A stretch of 64,000 bases of DNA from Klebsormidium nitens (lineage: Eukaryota > Plantae > Klebsormidiophyceae): assembly GCA_000708835.1 (NCBI GenBank), contig DF237093.1, positions 1 through 64,000 of the forward strand, in the 5' to 3' direction. Made by a program: the position numbers and the translations under genes. Of this stretch, positions 53,001 through 64,000 are shown piece after piece. The notes beneath the pieces were generated by a model. The model ran no database searches. It had not been told where the DNA came from and saw only the letters and a list, made by a program, of their open reading frames with translations. Within the stretch, counting starts at the first letter, position 1. Each line of letters starts with the position of its first letter.

Positions 53001-53123
53001 AGTGATGGACGCTGTCCGCTTTTTATTCTTGCCAGCTCAACGATGTCCATTTTTCCGCAGGACCGGAAGGAGTATGACCGAAGGGTCCGTCAACAAGCGC
53101 TGAAATACCCCCCAGCAATCTGA
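50030..53123 (+). CDS. SCE1: SUMO-conjugating enzyme (UBC9/SCE1), 6 exons
   Basis: [22 protein letters not shown]|GFVARP...|...[20 protein letters not shown]|[17 protein letters not shown] (catalytic Cys)|[12 protein letters not shown]|...KYPPAI*. Confidence 0.97.
51585..51972 (+). pseudogene. LRR-like coding relic nested in an SCE1 intron
   Basis: Removing a 10-nt insert (51668-51677, flanked by ctcc) joins two ORFs into [17 protein letters not shown]...FRFLDVEDC...RAPNLDW. Confidence 0.35.
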
Positions 53124-54634
53124 TTGGTCATGTACATAAAATGGTTCTGATCATTATATCGGGGGAGCAGCTGTAGGGTTCACTTTAGCACCGCTGCTAT
53201 GCAGGGAAACAGTAAGCATGCATCTTGCATAGCGAAGGTATGGTTAGGGGAAGGACTCTCTTGGTCTGCGTCCACCATAACCAACTTCATGAATTGAAGG
53301 ACGTAGCTGCCAAGAAGCGTTCTGAGTTTCTATATGCCTAAACCTAGTCACTACTTTTGAACTTGTCAAGCGGTTGCATGCCAGACACAAAAGATATTGA
53401 AGCCTGCATGCGAAACCCATGTGACGGCCGGGTTGTGATTGAGCAGCCGCCCATGTGCATGGCCTAACTTATCATGCAATGGACGACAGGCCGGTGCGCG
53501 TTACATTGGAAACATGTATGCGGAGATCTGGACCGTCATTGTGGGCATTGGAGTTGCAGCATCGGCCCCTGATGAAATGAAATTGAAATAATACATGGGC
53601 TGTCCAGCCTATCAAATGTACTTCAGAACCTCAGATGACTTAAATATCGAATGAGAATTGCCGGCCTCTATATACAAGTTCGTCCCATATGCGACGTGGA
53701 CCTGGCAGCTAGGGGGCCGCCGATTTCGTGTGCACGGCGCCTGCGCCCCCGCGAAGTGATGAAATATGATGTATGCGAAAGAGTAGCTGTTATAGGCTAC
53801 CGCGTTGAATTGTTCGTTTTGCTGGCTTAAAAACGCCCATGCACGGTAAGAAATGATCACTTAGGCTGTCTCAGAGGACCACGTTTGAGTGGGAAAACTA
53901 TTGTGATTCAGGAGCTGATCATCCAATCATAAATCTACACCGCCACGAATCGTCCCGCCTGGTTGCGGACAACAAGAATAAACACGATAAAAACAACACG
54001 ACTCCACATGCAGACGAAGAATGCTCTCAAAATACCTTTGCATATTCACTTTATGGTCACATACAAGGTACGTTCATATTCTGGCTTGAGGTGTCCAATC
54101 ACGTTGGTTCACTTACGGCCATCTACGACCGGAGTCCCTCTTTCTCGTCCGCTGGCAGTTGCACACTCCAGCTCGGTATCTCCTCCTTGGACGCTCTTAT
54201 CAACGCGCCCCACAAGCGTGCTATGTCTGCATCATTGTCGCATCTCTCCCGTTTTTCGGGTTGTCTCTCAAAGACTGCCGCTTCCATGTCATTCAAACCT
54301 GTCTGCATCAAACAAAGTATTCCTGAGCATTCCGAAGTCTAGTCTTGAGGTTCACTGAAACCTCAAAAAGCCTCATTCAAAGTAGCTGTCCAAGTTTGAA
54401 AGCCTCCGGCGTCATTTGTTCAGGTAATTCACCTCGAAGTAAACCTATCGTTTTGAATTAAGCTTCAGCCCTTGGACGACCTGCAAAAGCTGGTTTTAGC
54501 TTTTTGACATGAACTCCGGGTGGATCAGAATATATTGTAGCTAGAGGTCGATTGTCATCATAAGTGGAGGTCAGCTGGTTGCGCTACTTTCCATGAGCAT
54601 TCCAGAGCTCCTAAAAAGACGTTGAGGGTTCACT

Positions 54635-55576
54635 TTAATGAGCCAATCTGTTCTGAGGCTCGCTTGATCCGGGGGACCGTCCCTGAGATCCACGTGAGCT
54701 TTCGAAGCTGAGGCCGAGTGCATAATGCCACCAGAGCCTGAAGAAGCTCACCTTCGACTCGAGGTTTAGATGCACACACTGTTTTCCCAAGGTCTCCTCC
54801 TTGCAGAGATCCGCCATGACTGCGCGATACCCAGGGAGCAGCTCGAGCTCGATGGCGTCATTCCACTCAAAGAGTTGAACAGAGCCGTTGGCTATAACGA
54901 GAAACAACCTCCTTCTGTGCACATCTATCAGCAGGACATTTTCTACTCCTGCCTTGTAGTACCCCATAGCCCGCCACACGACTCCGCCTATCGGCCCACG
55001 GCTCAAAGTGACGGTATTTTTGTTCTGAAAAGTCAAGACGTCAAACCTCTCATTGAAGGCACCCGTCTCTATGATTGCCTTCGGGATCAAAGTAAGAGGC
55101 TGCGTCTCTGATTCAAACTTCGCATCCTGGAAGTCTCTTCGTTCTGCAATCCACACCTCTGGAAGTTGCAGAGCATCCTGCTTGTCCAAACTCAGTCTTG
55201 TTCCGCCTGCGAATGTGACGAGGTCAGCCGCTGACGAATCTATAAAAGCGTCAATGCTGCATACGAGCTTAGTCAGTGCGTGGCCTTGCTGTGGGGAATG
55301 GCCCCAAAGGCTTACAACGACAGGTTGATGCCCTCCTCCGGTGAACGCTACCTGTTGATATTGTTCGGTCATTCCTTTCAGAAGCTCAAATGTAAATCCC
55401 CTGGGATCAAAGAAGACCTTTTCTCCAACCACAATAGGGGGTCTTCGTCCAGAATTTCCGGTTTCAAGTATGACAACAGGCTGAATCAACTCTGGATGAA
55501 ACAGGTAGATTGCCATCTGCACGCTGGTTGGCTTCTTGCAGATCAGAGGTCTACCTATTGCCAGTCCTTGCATCAT
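54635..55576 (-). CDS. Uma2-family (DUF820) restriction-endonuclease-like protein, intronless
   Basis: The ORF carries the Uma2 motif order H..., LPEVW, PKAIIET, YYKAGVENVLLIDV..RRLFL, LELLPG. The start is set at the first ATG; an upstream exon is not excluded. Confidence 0.7.
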   Translation of the reverse strand: MMQGLAIGRPLICKKPTSVQMAIYLFHPELIQPVVILETGNSGRRPPIVVGEKVFFDPRGFTFELLKGMTEQYQQVAFTGGGHQPVVVSLWGHSPQQGHALTKLVCSIDAFIDSSAADLVTFAGGTRLSLDKQDALQLPEVWIAERRDFQDAKFESETQPLTLIPKAIIETGAFNERFDVLTFQNKNTVTLSRGPIGGVVWRAMGYYKAGVENVLLIDVHRRRLFLVIANGSVQLFEWNDAIELELLPGYRAVMADLCKEETLGKQCVHLNLESKVSFFRLWWHYALGLSFESSRGSQGRSPGSSEPQNRLAH

Positions 55577-56086
55577 TGATCCGGGACCCCCAAAATCTGG
55601 AATTTCGTCCACTTCTTGGAAGGAGAGCAAGGGCTGATTCCTGCCCCGGCCGCAGCGCCAGGGTTTGTGAGACCATTTTTATCGGCTGCACGGGACAGAA
55701 GTATGCAGCTTTCAAGTATCAGAATAAAGAGAACAGTAAGCTTATGTTCGTCAACTTGAAGACGCGGTGACGCGGCCGCCGCGTTCCAGGCGGGCCGCGG
55801 CCGCGGGCAGCTTCCCAGCATGCAGCAGACCCGGGTTTGCGTGGTTTGCGGGCTTCCAGGGAAGGGTTAGCACGAAACGGAGGGTGGTCAGGCTTGACTG
55901 GATTGTGCTCGCGATCAGAGTCTCACGTTGGAGCTGCTCTGGCGCAGACCTGCGATGATGAAACTTTGAAGTGGCGCTCTTGAAATTGATGGAGGGACTT
56001 GGTCCCTAACCATCAGGCGCGGTATGGTATTGAGAAGAGTTGCAGTGGCGTTTTTGTAGAATTATCTTCATTCTCCAGGGACTAAG

Positions 56087-59000
56087 ATGTTGGGGTTTCA
56101 CAAGAGCATTGTGGAGGAGGTTGCGCAACAGGATGGGTTGGTGGTCATGGCAGCCGGCCTGGGCATGCATAAGGTGCGTGGCAGCTCCTCTCGTTGTACT
56201 GCAGTATGCTGCTTAAGCCCCGATTCTGGTTCGGATTGTTCTTTCTGGGGTTGATGCAAGCGAAGTTCTGAGTCAGGTGTCAAGAGTGCAACTAAGTAAC
56301 TTTCTCAGAAAGTCCACCACTGATTGTGAGGGTTTTCCTGGCATTGATTGAGGATGTTAACTTTCCCCAGGAATGATCAGCGTGTTTCCTGAGCTCAATT
56401 ACGGTTTGCAAAGTCAAAACCGTGCCCTTAGTCTCTGGAACCCATTTTAAACTGTCCTGGTGTTGTTGGTGGACAGGTCATTGCAGCCATCCTGACAGCG
56501 CACATCAGAAACCCCGAGAACAGGGAGAAGGTGGTGCTGCTCCTAAGCGTAAACCCCGAGCAGCGGCAGGTGCTACAAGAGGAATTGCGGTTACAGCATG
56601 AGCTTACAATAAAAAACCCTCCCCCGGACCCTCCCCAAACTTCTGAACAGCCAGCCACTCAAGCCCCTGACTCCACTCCAAACCCTGAGCCTTTCCAGGG
56701 GGTGACACCACAGCCTGGAGAAGCTTCCCAGTCTGGCTCCCCCTTGCTAGCAGGCCCCGCTACAAGTACCCCCCCTGCCACCACAGCTTCAAGTACCCCC
56801 CCACTTGGAAGCTTGGCTCTTTCTGTCCCTCCTCAGACTGCCCCCCTGCTCCGGGAAGTAGACAATCAATTTTCCAGCCATGAGCGGCTGGCACTGTATC
56901 GGGGGGGCGGGTGTCTGTTTGTCACGAGCAGGATTCTGATTGTTGACCTGTTGAACGAAAGGGTGCCCCTGGGCCAGGTGTCAGGCATAGTGGTCTGTAA
57001 CGCACACAGGGTCACGGAGACATGTGCGGAGGCGTTCATCATGCGGCTCTTCCGAGCGGGCAACAAGAGAGGGTGAGTTAGGAAAGGGTGTTGATCCTGT
57101 AATGTTTGTTGCAACGAGCTGCCTGATTGTCTGCTTGTCTTCAACGTGCTCGCAGAACCTGCTTTGAAGCATCTGTACTTGCGGTAAGTGGTTCTGCAAT
57201 TCCAGACTCTGTTTAAAGTTTCCTTGTGTCCATGCGTTAATTCTGACGTCTGCAGACACCGAAATTTTACGGTTGGACCTCGTTTTAAATGCTGGCGCGT
57301 ATTGTCATTCCCTCCTCCAGATTTAGGCAGCCCGGCTGACCTCATGTTTCATCAGACATGCTGAACTGTCATTGAACCGTGTGCCAAGTCAGTTCTTAGG
57401 GCATCAAATGATTTCCCTCGACCTGTGCCTCCTCTCCCTGCAGTTTCATCCGTGCGTTTACGGACCGGCCCCAGGCGGTGGCGTCCGGTTTCAACAAGGT
57501 GGAGCGCATCATGAAGAGCCTGTTTCTGAAGCGGCTCTACCTCTGGCCGCGCTTCCAGATGCAAGTCAGCTCTGCGCTGGAGGCCAGCCCCCCCGAAGTG
57601 GTGGACATCAGGATGCCGCTCTCGCCCGCCATGGTGGCGATTCAAGAGGCAATCATCCAGGTAGGCTTGTTTTCTCATTTCCAGACCTGTTGAAACATAG
57701 AAGCTTTTCAACATTCTTAGATGTTTCGAAACATTGATCATGGTCATGAACTTTCCACTTTCAGTTTCCCAAAATGGTTGAGGCCCCGCTGCGTAGAGTT
57801 CTGCCTTGTTGTGCTGTGGGACTGCCGCCAACAAAGGCGAGCCACCCACGTTCGAGTGAGCTTCCCTTAATTCTTGACGTCAATCTCAGTTTCGGGTGGG
57901 CGTTCCTAACTTTTGAGTCTTCGAGATACTTGCTTTTAACCGCCTTCGTGAGACAAAATGAGACAAAGAAGACCACCTCTTCACCCTGCTCGTGCTCGCT
58001 TTCACAGCCCACACCTCAGCACAGGATCTATCACATACGAGATCCTGTAATCACATACGAGATCTACAAGAAGACGTGGACATCGAAGTTGCTTACAAAA
58101 ACAGCAGAAAACAGTCGACGTCCTTCACACTCTCTACCATGATCTACTCAAGTCGCTTTTCGCCCCCCTCAGGTAATGGACGCGTGCATGAAGGAGCTGA
58201 AGAAGATCAACAAGCTAGACGTGGAGGACCTGACGGTCGAGAATGGGCTGTTCAAGTCCTTCGACGAGATTGTCAGGCGGCAGCTCGACCCCATCTGGCA
58301 CACCATTGGTCGGAAGGTGAGACGCTTTCGCCTCGTTCCCCGGCAATCCAGTACCGAAGCAGGGACCGTGCTTGTGCTGCGGACTCATGATTAAGGGGTC
58401 AGGAAGGAAGATAAAGCGTTTTAGAAAACGTTTTTCAGAAAACCCAATCCGAACATTCTAGCTAAGCCTACTTAACCTGCTGTCATTCGAGTACAGGAAC
58501 TCACTTCCCGAGTTCATTCCAATCTAGGCCGTCACCGGCCCGTTGTTTCCAGCAACATCTCTTATTTTCACGATTCTCGTCCCTTTATGGTGACCTTCTC
58601 TTCAGCAGTCAACCCTGTGTGTGTCAAGAGAAGGGGGAAGTGCTCGTTCTTTTAGTACACAAAGATGATTGAGTCCTTCACTTCCTCAGATGAGGAGATC
58701 TGGCAAAGATAAAAAGAACGGAAGGATGAATAACCATAAGACCTGGAATTGTAAGAGTTGGCGTGATTGTCTGGCGTTCCCCTGACCCTTGAGCCGTCCC
58801 TCCTCCAGACCAAGCAGCTGGTAGCCGACCTGAAGACGCTGCGCAAGCTGGCGGAGTTTCTCCTGCGCTACGACGCCGTCACGTTCCTGCGCTATCTCGA
58901 CACGCTGCGCCTTTCCGAGGGCATCCGCTCCGTCTGGCTCTTCGCCGAGCCCACGCACAAGATCTTCGAGTACGCCAAGCGCCGCGTGTATCATGCCGTC

Positions 59001-62000
59001 AAAACAGGGCCCGACGGTTTGGCTGTCCAGCCCGCCCAAAAGAGAGGCCCTGTTGCGGCCAGTGTCGCTAAGAAGCGGAAGGGGCCGGGAGGGCAGCCGG
59101 CGGCTGTACAGGGCCTGGGGAATGCGAACGGGGCGGCTGCAGGGGCCGCTGCTGAAGGGGTTCCAACAAAGGTGGAGCTGGAGGTAGTCCTGGAGGAGAT
59201 GCCCAAATGGAGGATTCTGCGAGTGAGGATCGGTGTTAGGGTTTTCGTTTACTCTGCACGGATGTCTCTCCTTCATGCACTCGTGGAAGTTAAGTGTCAC
59301 TAGGCACTCACTTACCATATCTTCTCCTTTAGATTCTCCGTTTCGTTGCAGTTGAGACCAGACCCATTTGCTTTGAGGCAGAGCCTACGGACGATAATGC
59401 ATGTTTGGATTCCTGCAACTCTTCCGTTTCAGGGGGTTTTCTACATCTCAAAGCGGTGGCCAAAACGTTTCGTCTGTAATGGTCGCTGCAGCTGCTCACG
59501 GCAAGTGGACCCTTCCTTGCTGCAGGAGATATTGGAAGAGATTCAAGAAGAGAAAGAAGAGCTCGCAAAACAGCGAGCCCTTGCCGCAGTCGCGGCCATG
59601 GAAACCCAGGAACGGACCGCCCAGTCACCCGCCCCGGACCCTCTAGAGGTGGGCCCCAGCTCCCGCGACCCGGCGGGACGTCTAGCCGATTCCGACTTCG
59701 CCACCAGCGGAGGCTTTGTCAGAACCACCCCCCCATTTGTGAACGAGGACGACGGACCGGTGCTAGTAGCGGCGAAAGACGAGCGCATGTGTCTGCAACT
59801 AGAGGCGTGCATCGTTCATGGGGGGGGGGCGGTGATGCGCGCGGAGTGGGACCGGTTCCTGCTGGCCAAGGCGGAAGTGCACAAGGCGCGGCAAAAGGGG
59901 AAGAAGAAGGCCGGGGGGGTGGAGCAGCAGGCGGCAAACGGGCAGCCAGGTGACTCATCCTTTCGTACTCCGTACTTTGTTTTAGCTTAAACTTTCAAGA
60001 AGGCTACGCTTGAGTACCGATGTCTAGAGAATACTGTGAGTTGGTGTATGGAGGACATGCGGGGCGTTCGATGAGGATGCAGTCGGAGAAAGAACGTCCT
60101 ACTTGCTTCTTCAGTGCAGCGAAGCTACTCCAACGAGAACATCGTTCTTCTCCCTGGGCTAGCCGTGCTTATCCGCGGCATCCCTAGGTTTGTGAAGCCG
60201 GACTGTAGTATGTCTGTCGCAATTGTCGGGAGCGTGCGTGTTCGATTCAACAACTTCGAACCTCCAAGCTCGAAAGCTCGAACCCTCAAAACTCCGGATA
60301 TCTCGCTTCTCTCGGGCAGACACTTGATGCGTTACTTTCAATCATTCCTTTACAGGCCCGTCAAATGCTGCTGCTAAAGCGCCCGCCGGCGCCTCCGGCA
60401 CAGGCGAGCAAGAGGCTCTCCTTGCAGCGGCAAAGAAAGTCTTTTCCAGAGGGGGGTCTGACGCGCTGACCATACCGGAATCAGGGTTTGAAGAGGAGAG
60501 GGGTTCAAAGGCCTGGGGCCGAGGGAGGGGGAAAGGAAAGGCGGGGAACAAAAGCGGGTCCGAAGGCAGCGGGGGGGACTCGGAAAGCGGAGGGAAGGAG
60601 GGGGGGCGCGGGAGGGGTCGGGTGAAAGGGAACCGGGGGAGGGGGAGAGGCGCCGCAGGCGAGAAAGGGCAACGGACGCTTACTCAGATTGGGCGCAAGG
60701 AGTCGGGGGGACAAGGGGAAGCAGTTCTCGACGAGAGGGGGAAAGAAAAGGCAGGCGAAGAGACTGGGGGCGATGAAGACGTCGTTGAAGTGGATGGCAG
60801 CACCTTCCGAGCCCGTCAGGGGACAGGGTCTGGACGGGTTAACTCTGTGGTTAGCGAAACCGCCTTGGATTCGACCGGGGGGACTGCGAAGAATGGAGAC
60901 CAAGGGGATGGCGAACCGGACCGGAAAGGGAAGCGGAAAGCGGAGCCGGAAGTGGCGCCATCGCTGAGGAAGGGTGCGAAAAGGCGACGGAAAGCGCTGC
61001 CGGCGGTGCACTTCTACGCGCTGGAAAGCGAACAGCAGGTGCTCGAGGTGGTAAGGGCTGAGATTGTTGACACGATCTATTCACCACCCTACTTCGACTT
61101 TTCTTGATTCCGTTGCCTAAGGGATCGATGACAGTTGGTTTAATGAATACTGCCATCAGATGCCTTCTCCGCCCCACTCTGACAAATGAGAGCCAAGGCG
61201 GCCGGCGCATCTTGCTTCCTGTTCCTTGTTTCTGGCGACCATGTCTAGCGATGGGAGAATCCTCATAGGCTCCCGAGACAAGTCGTTATAAAGTTGGCTG
61301 CAGAGACTTCTAGAAGGAAAGAGAACCGCCAGCTCCAAAGCCAGCCGTTGCGTGAGCCCCCCACTTCCCAACTTTCTGAAAATCACATCCAAGCAGCAGC
61401 ATACGTTACAGGAAACTTCATTGCTCACCCCCGACAGGCGCGGCCTTGTTACGTCATCTTGCATGACCATGACATGCCTTTTGTGCGCAAGCTGGATTTG
61501 TACCCATCATAAAGCCTCAGAGTAACTCACTTTGGCAGTCTTATAATTCCTAGATCAGACTCTCCTTTCTGCCTCGCAGGTGCGGCCCGCTTAGGTCATC
61601 GTGCATGACTCTGACATAGCGTTTTGTGCCCTTTACCATCATAAGTTCTCAAGGTAACTCACCTTGGCAGTCTTACAATTTCTAGATTGGACTCGTCGAC
61701 TCCCCCACAGGTGCGGCCCGCTTACATCATCGTGCATAACATTGACATGGCGTTTTGAGCACTGTACCTTCATAAACCCTCAGCGAAACAGCTTGGCAGT
61801 CTTACAAATCTTATATCGGACTCGTCGAATTCCCCGCAGGTGCCGCCTGCTTACGTCATCGTGCACGACCTTGCCATGGGTTTTTGTGCACTGTACCATC
61901 ATAAATCCTCAAAGTAAAGTTAGGGGGTGAGGGGTTCGGGCTTAAGGTTCGTATAGAGCCCTTGCATGGGTTAGCTTGGCAGTCTTACACTTCCTGAATC

Positions 62001-63901
62001 GGACTCATCAATCTGCCCGTAGGTGCGGCCCGCTTATGTCATTGTGCACGACCCCGACATGGCGTTTGTGCGCGAGCTGGAGCTGTACAAGGCGGAGCAC
62101 CCGGAGCGGTCGCTCAAGGTGTACTTTCTGCTGTACGAGCAGTCGACGGAGGAGCGCAAGTTTGAAAGCTCCATCCAGCGCGAGAACGCCGCATTCGAGG
62201 CGCTGATCAAGCAGAAGGCCATTATGACCGTGCCAGTGGACCAGGTGCAACATGTTGTCTGTATGAGAATCTTTTGTTCTTTACCAGAGTAGGTGACTTA
62301 AGTCCAGGTATGATATGTTGTTTGTATGAGATTCTTTTGTACTTTAGCAGGGGAGGTGGCTGACTCGCTTCTCACATCCACGCATCTCGTTGAGCAGCTT
62401 CTTGCCTCTGGCACGCTGTTCCTTTTCTGGTCGACCATCCGGCCAGACGATTGGAGGACGGATGCAGGGTTTGGGATCGGAGAAACCGAAATTGTGGGAG
62501 GGATCACACTGCTCCGGGCCGCGCTTCTGGGCGTCGAAGCACTCCGCCCCACCTGCGTTTACCCTCTTCTCCAATTTTGGATCAACTTACAAGAAAGATC
62601 CCGCCTGTAACAGCATTGCATTCCGCTTGGAACATATCCGATTTCTTGCAACAGCATCAGTTTCTGCTAGCACCAACATCCGCTTCGACATTGTAACAAC
62701 GGCAGTACAAACGTCAGATACCGCTTGTAACAGCATCCGGTTCCGCTTCTTACAGGACGGTCGACTTGCCGGGACGGCTGCCCCCCAGAGTGCGACGGGG
62801 GTCACGTTCTCGACGTCAGGCCCAGGCGGCACGGGCATCTCGACGCGCAAAGCGGGGGGACGGCAAAAGGACCGCGCGATGCAGGCGAGTCTTGATTCTC
62901 CGTTGAGTCAGGCTCACGTCGACTTGTATCAGATCCCCTGGCCCAAAGAAGCCCAAAGGTGAAGTCTCAAGTCAACATGCGCTACACCCTTGCCAACCGT
63001 AAACCAACCCTACCCTTTTTCTGGGCAGTATCCAACTCAACGTAGCCCTGGTTTGTGAACGACGTAGTAAACGCAGATATAAAAAAAATGCTTAGACAGA
63101 TTTTCGTAAGTAACGTAAAGTCCAACACTTGTGTGATGCAGGTGGTGGTCGACATGCGCGAGTTCAACAGCAGCCTGCCATCCGTGCTGCACCAGCAGGG
63201 CATGAAGATCGTGCCCGTCACGCTCGAGGTAAGAACCTAGGCCGCGGATCCTACTCAAACCGCAGTCCGCATCAGTGCGGACGGTGCATTTATGCGCGAA
63301 ATGAGTTCTAATGTGGTCCTGAGTTATTTCGCTTGGTGCTGTTCAGAGCAGAAGGCTCGTTGTGTTGCCTACCAATTGCGAGCAAAAGGCTCGTTTCGGT
63401 TTTTGAGAAAAAATTTGGCGATAATGTGTCTAGTATGAAAGACGGCGGAGAGAGCCTGGCAGGCTTCTGTGAGGCGTACCTGACAGCACATCTCGTGACA
63501 GGTTGCTTAAGGTCCGTCTTGATGATGGTGTTATTCGGCTTTCTGTCATCCGCTCTTGGTGGCGACACAGTTTGTCCCGGAAGGCGACAGAGTTTGTCCT
63601 GGAAGTGTGCGTGGAGCGCAAAAGCGGAGGCATTTGAGTTGACACCAGGTCTTCCAGCAGTCCGCTTTGAGTGCGCACTTTTTATGATGGTGTCACTAAT
63701 TTCGAAATTTGTCCTCGTGTTGGCTAGGTGGGCGACTACATTCTGTCCCCCGAGGTGTGTGTGGAGCGCAAGAGTCTGGCGGACCTGTTCCAGTCGTTCG
63801 GCTCCGGTCGGCTGTACAACCAGGCGGAGGCCATGACGCGCTACTACAAGACGCCCGTGCTGCTTATCGAGTTTGACCAGGACAAGAGCTTCTCGCTCCA
63901 G
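56087..63901 (+). CDS. UVH1: DNA repair endonuclease XPF/UVH1 (Rad1/ERCC4), 3'-partial (continues past the window)
   Basis: GGCLFVTSRILIVDLL, NAHRVTETCAEAFIMRLFR, LYLWPRFQ, VVLEEMPKW, VVDMREFNSSLP and the nuclease motif VGDYILSPEVCVERKSLADLFQSF. Confidence 0.97.
61431..62090 (+). repeat. Four decayed tandem copies of an XPF 3' splice site plus exon start (~130-bp unit) ahead of the true exon
   Basis: Exon-start copies begin after AG at 61438, 61580, 61711 and 61840; the true exon starts at 62023. Shared core GTGCGGCCCGCTTAYRTCATYGTGCAYGAC and shared intronic TTGGCAGTCTTA...GACTC. Confidence 0.92.
62597..62756. repeat. Degenerate ~20-bp minisatellite (ccgcttgtaacagcatcc-like) before an XPF acceptor
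   Basis: About five degenerate units, for example ccgcctgtaacagcat, ccgcttggaacatat, ccgcttgtaacagcatcc. Confidence 0.55.
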
Positions 63902-64000
63902 GTGCGCGCGCTTTTCTTTGCGTACGTTTACACATCGAGGATGTTGAACGAGCCTACAAGAGAACATGTGTCACTGATGCTTGACGACAAAAGACCGGAA

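Noticed and set aside
54123-54311. 62-aa coding-looking ORF downstream of the Uma2-like gene
   Set aside because: It is short, bounded by nearby stops, has no recognisable family, and no convincing splice link to the Uma2 ORF.
61431-62090. CRISPR-like repeat-spacer array
   Set aside because: Units are degenerate ~130-bp tandem duplications homologous along their whole length and derived from the host exon. There are no unique spacers or cas genes, and the context is eukaryotic.

Overview
Intron-rich eukaryotic nuclear DNA (GT-AG introns, GC-rich exons). Plant-type features (ZF-HD-like zinc finger, telo-boxes, plant-like SCE1/UVH1) together with a ciliary CCDC146/MBO2 gene suggest a flagellated streptophyte alga such as Klebsormidium; this is inference. 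In order, the window holds: a ~240-bp-arm inverted repeat, an Mpo1/DUF962 gene, an epoxide hydrolase, NAA40, CCDC146, an ABHD/EMB8-like hydrolase, an F-box/LRR pseudogene, a BTB protein, a second alpha/beta hydrolase, an intronless bacterial-type VOC gene, a ~4-kb zone of ORF relics, a 3-exon gene fusing a ZF-HD-type zinc finger to a LuxI/FeeM-like GNAT acyltransferase domain, a 219-N gap, ubiquitin-RPS27a head-to-head with SCE1, and an intronless Uma2-like nuclease head-to-head with XPF/UVH1 (runs off the window). The strongest novelty candidates are the zinc-finger/acyltransferase fusion and four stop-containing decoy copies of an exon start inside an XPF intron. All family assignments come from motif recognition by eye; no searches were run.
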